Source: Octopus vulgaris
Lineage: Eukaryota
DNA length: 64,000 bases
Reading direction: 5' to 3'
NCBI GenBank assembly: GCA_951406725.2
Contig: OX597836.1
Coordinates: forward strand, 8,618,001-8,682,000
Part shown: piece by piece, positions 15,378 through 28,532 of the stretch
Position numbering within the stretch: position 1 is the first letter of the stretch
Layout of the letters: every line of letters begins with the position of its first letter
Translations under genes and position numbers: made by a program
The notes under the pieces: model-generated
What the model saw: the letters and a program-made list of their open reading frames with translations, nothing else
What the model was told of the DNA's origin: nothing
Database searches by the model: none

Positions 15378-16046
15378 AACAGAACCCATTGACTGTGAGA
15401 CTAATCACTAAACACACCGATCACTCCTCACCAATCACCTGCCGACTCTACCTTTATTCTTACACCAATCTGTCCTCCATTTTTGTTAGATGTGTTGTTG
15501 TTGTCGCCGTCGTTGTTGTTGTTGCTGTTGTTCCAGTTATGGCGGTTTTGTTTTTATTAGATTTGTTGTTGTTGTTGTTGTTGTTGTTGTTGCTGTTGTT
15601 GTTGTTGTCAGCATTGTTGGAATGAAGCCGACAGAATATTATGGAGGCAGACTCGAGAGTTGACAGTCGTACTCGCTCCCCACGTCGACACCGCCAATAA
15701 CGCCCTGCCGAGACTCAGTACCCCCTCCTCTACACAACCCGCTAACCAAAAAATCATTGGTATCACCAGTACCACCACACCCCACCACGACTGTCACTAA
15801 CCACCACCGCCACCACCAACGGACCACCGAACCTACGTACCCTATCTCTGCCAATGCCATCGCGTCGTGTCCATCTCTCTCTCGCGTGACTCTTTTCACT
15901 GCCCGACGACGTTGATGACGATGACAACGAAAATGGCGATGACGCCGACGACGATGATGTCAGCAACATGACCAATAGCAATTATTTCTGGTTTGGCAGA
16001 GTTGAATTCATAATCGCTAGATTGTAGGTTCGATATCCTGGACCAT

Positions 16047-16350
16047 GGAGGCGCAATGGCCCAGTGGTTAGAGCAGCGGACTCGCGGTTGGAGGATCGCG
16101 GTTTCGATTCCCAAACCGGGCATTGTGTGTGTTTATTGAGTGAAAACACCTAAATGCTCCACAAGGCTCCGGCAGGGGGTAGTGGCGACCCCTGTTGTAC
16201 TCTTTCGCCACAATTTTCCCCCATTCTCTGTTCCTGTTTCTTGAGTAACGCTGCGATGGACTGGCGTCCCGTCCAGCTGGGGGGAACACATACGCTACAG
16301 AAACCGGGAAACCGGGCCCATGAGTCTGACTAGGCTTGAAAAGGGCGACG
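16047..16350 (+). mobile_element. tRNA-derived SINE family C with V-domain-like 3' part
   Basis: GGAGGCGCAATGGCCCAGTGGTTAG (box A) and GGTTTCGATTCCC (box B), head shared with 31112 and 28155. 3' CTGCGATGGACTGGCGTCCCGTCCAG...GCTACAGAAACCGG resembles the V-SINE conserved domain (recalled, not searched). Confidence 0.85.
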
Positions 16351-16951
16351 TCTATCGTTTTATCCTGGATCGGAATAGCTTGTTATGTTCTTGAGAAAAA
16401 CACTTCATTTCACGTTGCCACTTGTGTTGTCTAAGGGACAGTCATGGCAAACAATAGAACCGACATTTTCCTCTGCCTGCCGTAAAAAAAAAAAGAATAA
16501 GAAATAAACAAAAAAAGAAAAACGGTGACTAAAAGAAGTTGAGCTAGGATTTGCACTCCGACATCATAAAACCCTCACCAGCAACGACCATCCAGACAGA
16601 CCCACGGGTTTGAAGTGTTCTCACTTGAGCGGGGCAGAGGGGACACATGCCAAGAGTGGTAGATGCAGTGATGCAACGGTGGATGCAGTGATGCGCAGTT
16701 ACAGCGCATAAACCCCCTGCTACTACTACTACTACTACTACTTGGCACACGTACGCAATTTTGAAGGCTTTTAGACATCTTCATTGACTCTAGTGCTCAA
16801 ATGGGACTATATTTTATCGACCCCGAAATAATAGCAGGCAAAGGTCACTTTCACAAGATTTGAACCCAGAACATAAAGAATTGAAACACAAGGCCGGTAA
16901 TATACAGGCTATTATTATTATTATTATTGTTATATTATTATTTCATCGGCC

Positions 16952-17450
16952 AAGGCAGCGAGCTGGCAGAATCGTTAGCACGCCGGGCGAAATTGCGTAG
17001 CCGTATTTCGTCTGCCGTTACGTTCTGAGTTCAAATTCCACTCTGTGTGTGTGTGTGTGCGCGAGTGCGCGCGCACGTACGTGCGTGTATGCAGGAAGTG
17101 ACAATAGAGGAGGAGGGGGAAGAGAAAAAAGAACTCTAAAGACCCAAATATTTCATTCTTTCATCCTTTCGGGGGTCTATCAAATAAGTACCAGTTATGC
17201 ACTGGGGTCGATATAATCGACTTAATCCGTTTGTCTGTCCTTGTTTGTCCTCTCTGTGTTTAGCCCCCTGTGGGTAGTAAAGAAATAAGTATGTCGTCTG
17301 TTTTTACGTTCTGAGTTCAAATGAGGCCGAGATCGAATTTTGCCTTCCATCCGTTCGAGATCGATAAAATAAGTACTATTTGAACACTATGGTCGATGTA
17401 ATCGACCAATCCCCTCCCTCGAATTTGCTGGCCGGAAGTCAACCCAAAAT
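16952..17450 (+). mobile_element. SINE family B, interrupted by a 112 bp insertion and followed by a tandem partial copy
   Basis: AAGGCAGCGAGCTGGCAGAATCGTTAGCACGCCGGGCGAAA...GAGTTCAAATTCC head. Body TTCATCCTTTCGGGG...AAGTACCAG...CTGGGGTCGATATAATCGACTTAA. Second unit from ~17290. Confidence 0.88.
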
Positions 17451-17457
17451 AACCCCA

Positions 17458-17850
17458 GGCGCAGGTGTGGCTGTGTGGCTGTGTGGTAAGAAGTTTGCTT
17501 ACCAACCACATGGTTCCGGGTTCAGTCCCAATGCGTGACATCTTGGGCAAGTGTCTTCTACTATATCCCCGGCCCGACCAAAACCTTGTGAGTGGACCTG
17601 GTTGACGGAAACTGGAAGAAACCTGTCATATGTTTGTGTGTGTATGACAGTGTTTGTTCCCCACCACCGCTTGACAGCCGGTGTTGGTGTGTTTACGTCT
17701 CCGTAATTTAGCACTTCGACAAAAGACCGATAGAATAAGTACCAGACTCTTAAAAGAATGAGTGCTGGAGTCGATTCGTTCGACTAAAATTCTTCAAAAC
17801 AGTACCCCAGAATGGCCGCGATCTAATGACTGAAACAAGTAAAAGAATAC
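17458..17850 (+). mobile_element. SINE family A, diverged full-length copy
   Basis: GGCGCAGGTGTGGCTGTGTGG...GGTTCAGTCCCA...CTTGGGCAAGTGTCTTC...ATGACTGAAACAAGTAAAAG. Confidence 0.9.
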
Positions 17851-18844
17851 CCCACCCCAACACCACCACTCACGTACTTTAATGAGGGGTTTCATGCTCT
17901 TTAATGTTTCCAAACTGATTCTAAGAACCGAGGCAAATATCTCCAGCACCCGAACACGTGTTTTATTCAATTCCTTCATTTTTGAAATTTTAACTTTTTC
18001 TTTTCTTTCTTAATTTTATATCTTTTGATTGCTTCGAGTGGTCGAAACGTGACTTCAGGAAAGGAAAAAAAGAAAGAATATCACCCACGGTCCCCTGTTC
18101 CTCACACCAAAACAACCCTTCATTTTGTTTTTATCCCTCACACACCATACCGTATCTCAAACTTAAGCCGTCCCATTTCACGTTACAACACAACACTAAA
18201 TTTAAACATTGTTTGATGATAACATAAAGAATGTGTTTTGTAAAATTATCAACCGGGCATCAGATACGGACGACAACTATTGCACTTTCTTTCAATGTCT
18301 TTTTATGTAGTTTACGGTTGTGTTTTTTATTACCTTTATTTTGTTTTTACTCTCTCCACCCTGCTTAGAGCCTTTTCTTTGCTTTTTTTTTCTCTCACTT
18401 TTTCTCATTTTCCTTTCTCCGTAGTTCACACTATTTTACATCATCAGATCACCAAGCTGGACTGTAAAAAAAATAGCAAAAAGCGTTGCCATGTGGAATT
18501 CAGTCAACCATTTGTAAAACAGACATCGTTGCTTAGCAGAATCCATGTAAAATATAAAAAGTGCCGTGAAGAGCAGCGAATCGGCAAAATTCTCCTATCA
18601 TTAACCTTTGCCTGGAATTAGTGATGACTTATCGGCTCACGTGTTTATTTTACTTGTTTCAGTCATTAGACTGCGGCCATGCTGGGCTAGCAATTTTGAT
18701 GAAGGAGAGCGTAGTCTGTATCATCAACGCCAGTAGTTGACTGATATTTAATTGTATCGATCCCGAATATATAAAAGAAAACGCTGACGCTACCAGGAAT
18801 TGAACTCAGAACGCGAAGAGTCGGAAGACTACCACGCTCTAACG

Positions 18845-19083
18845 CATAGGCTCTCAACCGGGTTCTCATAACCTTTCGAGGTCCGTTTAAGATGTTGTTA
18901 AAATTTATCAGTAATACACAAAATATTTCAACAGGTCTTTTATTTTTTATTATACAATTCCTAATAATATTTAAGTATTAAGAAATAACAGGGTTCTTTT
19001 AGAGATCAAATGATTAAGGGGACCCTGCAGAGTAAAATTGGAATCAAAGGGGTCCCTAGGTAAAATATGGTACAGAACCCCTG
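18845..19083. mobile_element. hAT-type MITE with perfect 8 bp TSD, inserted into a SINE B head
   Basis: Ends CATAGGCTCTCAACC ... GGTACAGAACCCCTG (decayed CAGGGGTTCTCAACC-type TIR). Identical flanks CTCTAACG at 18837-18844 and 19084-19091; an 8 bp TSD is typical of hAT. Confidence 0.82.
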
Positions 19084-19153
19084 CTCTAACGAGTCAGTAA
19101 AATAATAACAACAACAACGGCAGCAGTGGTAGCAGCAATAATAATTATTCATT

Positions 19154-19626
<473 letters not shown>

Positions 19627-19641
19627 ATATTTATATATATA

Positions 19642-19697
<56 letters not shown>

Positions 19698-20191
19698 ATG
19701 TTTAAGTATATATGCATGTATGTGTGTGTGATAATAAACTTTATCATGGGAATACCCGGCAAAAGATTAGTGTCACTGTATTATGAACTAAATGAACTGT
19801 AATAATTATAAGCTTGTGTGTGTATGTGCGTGCACGTATGTGCGCGTGCGCGGATTTTTATTACCGGTTTTTGCACCATGCACAGTGAGATCTTAAACGA
19901 TTATTTGCATATTGTGTTTTTTAATAGTTTGGCAGAATTCAAACGAAAATATGCTAGTGGTTGTTTTGCATGTCACAATAGAATAACCTCTTTTTTATGA
20001 CGACAACGTGTTCATAACACACTCAGCTCATTGGTGTAAGGGGTGCTAATACACCCGTGTTTTGGCATATTGTGTCTCGTCAGTCATAATTGCTCGAACA
20101 TTTAAGACTTAACAAACCACTGGCTTTGTTTATAATTTCAGCGAACAGAGCTGTTTTTTCTGATCAGTGATTATATCTGCCAACCGATAAA

Positions 20192-20407
20192 CGAGAATGT
20201 GCTGAAATGTTCCTGGCTTTAAGAGTATCGCGAAAAACCAGGCTGGAAGCCCAATCTTCTGAGTTGTTTTATAAGGCTTAGAGAAATTGAAGGACCGTTG
20301 CAACAGGTGTGTGAATATGAGAGGAGAATATGTTGAATAAAATCATAATTAACTGATCCTCCTGTATTCTCTTTTACCCCAAACCAGGAGCATTTCGGAT
20401 CCCCTTG
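20192..20407 (+). mobile_element. Internally deleted mariner (MITE-sized)
   Basis: Decayed TIRs GTGCTGAAATGTTCCTGGCTTT / AAACCAGGAGCATTTCGGATCCCC. The internal remnant GLEKLKDRCNRCVNMRGEYVE* is a mariner transposase C-terminus. Confidence 0.75.
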
Positions 20408-20429
20408 TACATAGTTTTATGCATAACAA

Positions 20430-20620
20430 AACACTTGTTTCTACTCAAATAAAGCTCCACGAGGCAGGAGGTGGGGTGGCGAACCCTGTTGTACTCTTTC
20501 ACCACAACTTCTCTCACTCTTTCTTTCTCTTTCTGTTGTACCTGTACCTTGTCACACCCTGTGTCACGCTGAATCTCCCCGAGAACTACGTTAATGGTAC
20601 ACGTGTCTGTGGAGTGCCGT
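20430..20620 (+). mobile_element. SINE family C internal fragment
   Basis: GCTCCACGAGGC..GGTGGCGAACCCTGTTGTACTCTTTCACCAC...CACGCTGAATCTCCCCGAGAACTACGTTAA.GGTACACGTGTCTGTGGAGTG, as in 31112-31480. Confidence 0.8.
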
Positions 20621-20621
20621 A

Positions 20622-20660
<39 letters not shown>

Positions 20661-20669
<9 letters not shown>

Positions 20670-20696
20670 TTTTTCTAGTTTCAGCTCAGAGCTGCG

Positions 20697-20700
<4 letters not shown>
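20661..20700 (-). mobile_element. Extremely 5'-truncated (40 bp) 3' end of the CR1/L2-group LINE with poly(A)
   Basis: Minus strand TGGCCGCAGCTCTGAGCTGAAACTAG(A)14 matches the LINE 3' end at 53169-53207. (TA)n on both sides. Confidence 0.75.
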
Positions 20701-20777
<77 letters not shown>

Positions 20778-20847
20778 TAATATAGGATAAACATTTTCGA
20801 AAAAAATTTATCAATGGCCAGCATATTAAAAAAATAAAGGTTAAATT

Positions 20848-21010
20848 TTATAAACAAGGGCAAAAGAAAAAATTTAATGCCAAATATGCCGAAATATCGG
20901 CTTGCTTTTGAGACGCGTGCTTATAGTGATAAATTATATGGTTATTGACGAATAAGTCTATATTTCGGCATATTTGGCATTAGAATTTTTTCTTTTGCCC
21001 TTGTTTATAA
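20848..21010. repeat. Inverted repeat, ~50 bp arms and ~62 bp spacer
   Basis: TTATAAACAAGGGCAAAAGAAAAAATTTAATGCCAAATATGCCGAAATAT (20848-20897) versus ATATTTCGGCATATTTGGCATTAGAATTTTTTCTTTTGCCCTTGTTTATAA (20960-21010). Confidence 0.9.
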
Positions 21011-21947
21011 GTTATATATATATATATATATATATATAGTCAATTGATGGTGATGGTTTAATGGTCGGGAGAGTACCGTCGCTGTCCAGATCGGAGACAG
21101 TCAGTCAGTCAGACAGATGTAAAGGCGGGAAAAAATTGTTTTTCCATTTTTACCAACGAAGTCGCAAGAAATCAGGAGAAAGAAATAATCTAAGAAAAGA
21201 TTTGAAAATTAAAGACAAAAAACAAAAATGAAAACAACCACACACAAAAAAAAAGAAACGGGTGTGAAAGAAAGCAACAGCAACAGCAACAACGACAATA
21301 ATAACTATGGCAACAATGAACAGCGCCAATTTTCTCCCCCTTTTTAACGTTTGTAATGGATACGAGTACATCAGGTCCCTTCCCTCTATTTTCTAGTGAA
21401 TGGAATGCTAGATATGATTACAAGCCAAAATGGCGGCCGGCGTTTTTCGCTTTTCCTTGTTTCTCCCCTCTTTCGTTTACTCTCGTTGTATGTGAGATTT
21501 TCTTTTCGTTTTCATTTTGATTTTTGTTTTCGACTCTTCTTTTTTTTTTTTTTACAACCCATCTCAACACTTGTAGCATTATGGCAAATTTATTAGAACA
21601 ACGAGTGACTTTCTTACACCTCTCACTTCCAGCTTCGAAATTCCAACAATATTTTTTTTTTATTAAATGTTTCACGTTGGCGGCGGCGGTAGTGATGGTA
21701 GTGGTGGTGGTGCTTTATTGTTGTTGTTGTTGTGGCTTAGTCCCATGTATGTCTTAAATAAGCAGCCCTTGTTGTTGTTCTGCTGCTGTTGTTGTTGTTG
21801 TTCTTCTTCTTCTTCTTCTTCTTCTTCTTCTTCGTCTTTTCTTCTTCTTCTTCTTCCTATTATTATTATTAGTAGTATTAGTATTAGTAATAATCCCTCC
21901 CACTCAAATTGTAAGCTGTCCTTCGAATGTACTCCACATTATTATTA

Positions 21948-22023
<76 letters not shown>

Positions 22024-22031
22024 CATTATTA

Positions 22032-22065
<34 letters not shown>

Positions 22066-22085
22066 CATTATTATTATTATTATTA

Positions 22086-22206
<121 letters not shown>

Positions 22207-22212
22207 ACATCA

Positions 22213-22342
<130 letters not shown>

Positions 22343-22400
22343 CATTATTATTATTATTATTATCATCATTATTGTTATTATTATTATCATTATTGTTATT

Positions 22401-22665
22401 ATTTTTATTATTTCTTTACCACAGGTTTTGTTGTAGCTCCTGGAGTCTTGCATGCATGGTGGACTCGCTACCTGCAGCCTGCGGTGCCATGCTCTCCATT
22501 CTTTTCAGTTATCTAATACTTTCCTGATTATTCTGGCCGTGCCAAAAAAAAAAAGCAAACCTCTTGTAACACTCTACTGGACACTTTATTCCAACTTCCT
22601 TTACATTCCTGTTGATGCCTTCTGATTCTGTCCCCAATGACCAAACAATAATTGGCACTGTCTTC

Positions 22666-22666
<1 letters not shown>
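22401..22666 (-). mobile_element. 5'-truncated RLE non-LTR retrotransposon (R4/Dong-like), second subfamily
   Basis: Minus translation KTVPIIVWSLGTESEGINRNVKEVGIKCPVE../GTARIIRKVLDN* (stop 22505-22507) matches the VPI.VG.LG...LGTA.I.R..L C-terminus. About 100 bp of 3'UTR, then TAA repeats. Confidence 0.72.
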
Positions 22667-22708
<42 letters not shown>

Positions 22709-22711
<3 letters not shown>

Positions 22712-23174
22712 TAGTTTTATTTTTATTTTTATAGCGTGCTTATTCACTTCACTACCGAGCGCAGCTCTGTGTGCCTTGGGTATGTGCTGTGATTTGTTGT
22801 GATGCTCTGATGGTTATTGTATGGAAAGTGTTCTGCGTAGGATGTGGGCAGTGCCTAGTAGTGCAATTTTCTGTATGTTATATGTGTTTGTAAGTCCTGG
22901 TGTTTTTGTTATGTATTTGTCTGAATATTTTTTTATCATGCCTAATGCACCTACTATGATAGGAATTGTTTCTGTTTTCAGATTCCACATTCTAGTTACC
23001 TCTATTTCCAGGTCTTTGTATTTTGAGAGTTTCTCCATTTCTTTTAGAGACACGTTGTCATCTGCCGGTATTGATACATCAATTAAAAAGCATTTTTTTT
23101 GTTCATGATCTCTGACAACTATATCTGGTCTGTTGGCCTTAATTTCTCTATCTGTGTGTATCGGCATATCCCAG
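22709..23174 (-). mobile_element. 5'-truncated RLE non-LTR retrotransposon (R4/Dong-like), uninterrupted endonuclease C-terminus plus 3'UTR
   Basis: WDMPIHTDREIKANRPDIVVRDHEQKKCFLIDVSIPADDNVSLKEMEKLSKYKDL...IPIIVGALG...LLGTAHILRRTLSIQ* carries the RPD..ID..EK..KY restriction-like endonuclease motifs. (TAA)n on both sides. Confidence 0.92.
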
Positions 23175-23230
<56 letters not shown>

Positions 23231-23247
23231 CATTATTATTATTATTA

Positions 23248-23308
<61 letters not shown>

Positions 23309-23332
23309 CATCATTATTATTATTATTATTAC

Positions 23333-23453
<121 letters not shown>

Positions 23454-23475
23454 GTTGTTGTTGTTATTATTATTT

Positions 23476-23561
23476 AAGGCGGCGAGCTGGCAGAATCGTT
23501 AGCACGCCGGGCGAAATGCTTAGCGGTATTTCGTTTGCCGCCATGTTCTGCGTTCAAATTC
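23476..23561 (+). mobile_element. SINE family B head
   Basis: AAGGCGGCGAGCTGGCAGAATCGTTAGCACGCCGGGCGAAATGCTTAGCGGTATTTCG...GTTCAAATTC directly after (TTA)n. Confidence 0.85.
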
Positions 23562-23937
23562 AATATAATCTAAGTGAATAACTTTCTATATTCCATAGTA
23601 CAGTCTTGGTAGCTTCTTTCAACCCACCCAATGACAGGTGTCTCTGCTAGTATATATATACATACATACATAATACATACACATACATAATACATACATT
23701 TATTGACTTTTTGATTCTTTCCGATATACGCCAAAAGCAAAAAAAAAAAAATGTCTGGAAGACGCACAATTGTAATAGTGCGTCTTTGATGTAAGTCTGT
23801 TGAAGCGCCATTTTCAAGTCTAAAAGCTCAAATATAACGTAAATTCCTGCTTTACGTAAACTGGCGTAGCAAGCAGAGTTGGTTCAGAAATTGATAATTA
23901 AAGATGAGTTAAAGTATTCCTTTGTCTCATATTTACA

Positions 23938-24012
<75 letters not shown>

Positions 24013-24079
24013 TACATATATGCATACATACGCACACACATGCATATATACATGCTTATATACACAAATATGCATGTGC

Positions 24080-24208
<129 letters not shown>

Positions 24209-24439
24209 ATATATATAAATAATATATAATATATAAAAATATATATATATATACATGCATATATGGGTACCTAACGTCACCAACGATGCAAATAACATGA
24301 AATACGTAAACAACGAGATTAATTGGAAAACAGGACAAGTTAATACAGAGAAAGGACCCTTCATCAGTTGGCGGCTTTCTATCTACTCCTCATTTCGAGC
24401 ATTCAGCACATATAATATGTATATATATACTTCGTTTCA

Positions 24440-24765
24440 TGATCCCCTGAAGCCGTTTTATGCAGTCTCCCCTGGCTGTTAATTGGAAGGTACGCAGGTC
24501 CGTATGTGATGCGCGAGTAGGCCGCTTTGAAACCGTACTTAGAAGGCCATATGAAGAGAAGAGGCGATGTCGTCATCAAACCCCTGCCACTTGCGGCTGT
24601 CGTTAGAGGTCACTTTCAGTGCCCTCGGTGCCACAGGATCTGCCTATCTCATATCCGTCTTGCCAGCTACGTCCACTTATATGCGAAACATAGTGGTGGA
24701 AGGGGGGAAGGAGGTTGACTGTCTTAGATCGATGCTGTCATCACCTTTGATGAGCTGTCATAAGC

Positions 24766-24770
<5 letters not shown>
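24440..24770 (+). mobile_element. RTE-clade LINE 3' end with C-terminal zinc-finger-like motif
   Basis: [16 protein letters not shown] followed by [19 protein letters not shown] resembles the RTE/BovB-type C-terminus F.CP.C.R.C.S.IGL.SH. Confidence 0.65.
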
Positions 24771-24835
<65 letters not shown>

Positions 24836-24898
24836 GTATATATACATGTATATATATGTGTGTATATATATATATATATGCATGTATATATATATATG

Positions 24899-24941
<43 letters not shown>

Positions 24942-24954
24942 GTATATATACATG

Positions 24955-25019
<65 letters not shown>

Positions 25020-25141
25020 GTATATATACATGTATATGGTGTCTGACTGAAGATTGAAGGCTTCGAATGATTTGTCTGTGTTCCGTGTTCGTCCCTTCCT
25101 GTATTTCACGTTCATTATATATAAAAACATTCATTCTTATA

Positions 25142-25183
<42 letters not shown>

Positions 25184-25286
25184 TATATAAATATACATAG
25201 ATATGTATGTATATACATATATATATATAGTTTTATATATATATATATAATATCTCTCTCTCTCTATATATATATACATAATATAT

Positions 25287-25318
<32 letters not shown>

Positions 25319-26501
25319 GTGTGTGTGTGTATTTGTGTGTGTGTGTGTGTGTGTGTGTTTATATATGCTCCCTTTCAAGCGGAATGAGCAAGCGACATCA
25401 CAAGCAAGAAGCGCTGGAATAACTAATGGGACAATAGTCTTACTATGAACAAAGCAACATTTTATTTAAGGATTGTTTCTGGAATGCCAAAGCCATTTTC
25501 TTCAACGCCAATATCTTGAAGACAAACCAGTGAGAGATTTATCGACCATTTCATGCAATTTGTGTATGTATTTACGTATAAATACTAAATACGCCAAACA
25601 TCGTGTTTACTTGCATATATAAGTCGATATAAACAATGTAAAATGAAAAATAAGAACGCTAACAAAATCGATGTCTGAATATTTATTTCCTATGCGATAT
25701 ATGTCTTTCCATAGTTTTTAGCAGTGTTACGAATGTCCATCGGTGACAAAACATTATCAGGGTGAATGCAGTTGCTCATATGAATTTATAATTCTATTGT
25801 TACAACGTATGTGTGTCCCGGCAGAGATTACGAGTTTAGTAAACAAGAACGTTTGAAATTCATTATTTATTCATCTCATCGTTATCTGTGTCGGTTGAGA
25901 GAAGAAAAACCCAAAAAAAACAAGCAAAAAGAATAGAAAAAAACGGAAAGAAACAACAAACGGTAACAGCGAAAAATCTTCTGTTGGACAACGACAAAGA
26001 TGGCTGCGATTTTTTCACACAACGGAGAATGACTAAGAGAGCGGCGACCGCGATGACGTTGACACAATGGTCTCTCTCACACACACACGCATACACACAT
26101 ACACGTACACGCACACACACATACATACAAATACATATACAAGCAGAGATTAATTTAAGTATTCTTTTGTTGGTGTTTGTGATTAAACAGGCGCATGTTG
26201 AAATACACAAACATAAATACATTAAAAGTATACACCTCACAAACACATACACCCTCCTTTTACATATAAAGAATATAGATAAAACGTGTGCGATTGTGTG
26301 TGTGTGAGTATATATATATATATATATATACACATACATAGACACCACTTATATACATATACACAAACAGAAATATGGCGTGTATATATATATATATAAG
26401 TACATACATATCTATATGCATTTATATATATATATATATAATGAGACACAGACAGAGATACATACATATCTATAAACATTTATATATATATATACATAAA
26501 C

Positions 26502-26592
<91 letters not shown>

Positions 26593-27094
26593 GTATATAG
26601 ATATGTATGTATCTCTGTCTCTGTCTGTTTCTTTATATATATTGTATTATATTATATTATATTATATATTATGCATATAAATGTGTATATATTTTGAGCA
26701 TGTGTGTAATAAACGTATTTTAGCCGCGCTGTGAAAATAGCGAAAGTGATTCAACCATAGAACTGAGAGTTTAGGGAAGAACCATGTTAAAACCATCGTC
26801 AGGATTCGGACAAACCTTCTACTTTTTGTTTATATGACCTCGAAGCCGTTACCTTCTGATATGCGTAAGCGTGATCAGGCCAGGTGGATGCATACCGGTT
26901 GCATACATAACTTTTCCTTTCACCATTTCAAGAACGATATAATATTGTACCAGTCGAATACTGGGTTGTAGGGATCAATAATCAACGACAAGCTTCCCAC
27001 TAAAAAAAAAATTGCTTGTCCTGTGCCAAAATTTCAAACCAAAGCGATGAACTTGCAGAATCGTTTGCGCGTCGAACAAAATGCCTATCTTTTA

Positions 27095-27300
27095 TCCATT
27101 ACTTGTTTCAGTCATTAAACTGCGGCCATGCTGGGATCTTGAAGAATTTTGGTCGATCGAATCGATCTCAATACTTCTTTTAAAGCTCGGTACTTATTCT
27201 ATCCGCCTCTTTTACTGAACCGTTAAGTTTGAGGAATGTAAATACACTAACACCGGTTGTCAAGCGGTATTGAATGACAAATACAGACACACACACACAC
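27095..27300 (-). mobile_element. SINE family A 3' half (diverged)
   Basis: TTACTTGTTTCAGTCATT..ACTGCGGCCATGCTGG...TACTTATTCTATC...GGTTGTCAAGCG. Confidence 0.8.
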
Positions 27301-27420
27301 ATATGTATATATATGCACTTATAAGCATATATTTATGTACAAGCATATATGTACACACACATATATTGTTCTATATTTAAGAGATGAGGAATTGTGTACA
27401 TTATTTACATTATTTACATA

Positions 27421-27644
27421 ATTTACATTTAACGGATATTTGTACTCATCTTGTTTATTGTTAACACAATGTTTCGGTTGATATACCTTCCACCCTTCAT
27501 CAGGTGTCTTGGAGAAATACCTTAGGAATGAGAACCTAGGTTCTAAATTTCCCCAAGACACCTGATGAAGGCTGGAGGGCATATCAGCCGAAACGTTGTG
27601 TTAAGAACAAACAAAATGAGGAAAAATATCCGTCAAATGTAAAT
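27421..27644. repeat. ~98 bp-arm inverted repeat (Penelope pLTR-like) with a hammerhead motif in each arm
   Basis: Left arm 27421-27518 and right arm 27547-27644 are reverse complements with mismatches. The spacer contains the palindrome AGAACCTAGGTTCT. Confidence 0.88.
27557..27602 (+). ncRNA. Minimal type-I hammerhead ribozyme motif (mutated mirror copy on the minus strand at 27463-27508)
   Basis: GACAC-CTGATGA-A-GGCTG-GAGGGCATAT-CAGCC-GAAA-CGTT-GTGTT: helix I GACAC/GTGTT, core CUGAUGA, helix II GGCTG/CAGCC, GAAA, and palindromic ACGT. Confidence 0.7.
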
Positions 27645-27725
27645 AGTAAGACACATATATATGTCTACCTAACTACACATACATTTATACACAATACATA
27701 CACACATGTATATAATGTATATATA

Positions 27726-27787
<62 letters not shown>

Positions 27788-27809
27788 TATTTGTATCTTT
27801 ACATATTGT

Positions 27810-28155
27810 GACACTCCGTCGGTTATGACGACGAGGGCTCCAGTTGATCCGATCAAAGGAACAGCCTGCTCGTGAAATTCCAGACACGTGTACCGTTTAA
27901 TGTAGTTCTCGGGGAGATTCATTCAGCGTGGCACAGAGTTTGACGAGGCTGGCCCCTTTGAAATACAGGTACGACAGAAACAGGAAGAAATAGTGAGAGA
28001 AAGTTGTAGTGAGAGTACACCAGAGTTCCCCACCATCCCCTGCCGGTGCCTCGTGGAGCTTTAAGTGTTTTCGCTCAATAAACATTCATAACTCCCCGCC
28101 TGGGAATCGAAACCGCGAGTCCGCTGCCATAACCACTGAGCTATTGCGCCTCCAC
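27810..28155 (-). mobile_element. SINE family C, full length, second tail type
   Basis: Minus strand GTGGAGGCGCAATAGCTCAGTGGTTA...GGTTTCGATTCCC head. Tail TTGATCGGATCAACTGGAGCCCTCGTCGTCATAACCGACGGAGT, as in 31112-31480. Confidence 0.88.
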
Positions 28156-28318
28156 TATCTTTATATATAACTATATAACAGGTATAAACATATTTAAATA
28201 CATATATGCATACGTATATATATATATATAAAATATAAAGTAGAGATAAAATACTTGATTTAATACTAAATTGAATTTTTCCCTATAAGTTTGGAGTTAT
28301 ACTCCCTAATATTATATG

Positions 28319-28394
<76 letters not shown>

Positions 28395-28459
28395 TGTGTA
28401 TACATATGCATACATATATACATACACACGCATACGCGCGCGCACGGAAATGCTCACGC

Positions 28460-28532
<73 letters not shown>

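Noticed and set aside
16047-16125. tRNA-like sequences with box A/B (also 31112, 33228, 59321)
   Set aside because: They continue into SINE bodies and I could not build a full cloverleaf, so they are SINE heads rather than tRNA genes.
21420-21445. YY1-like AAAATGGCGG motif (also minus strand near 3958-3969)
   Set aside because: A short motif with no independent promoter evidence.
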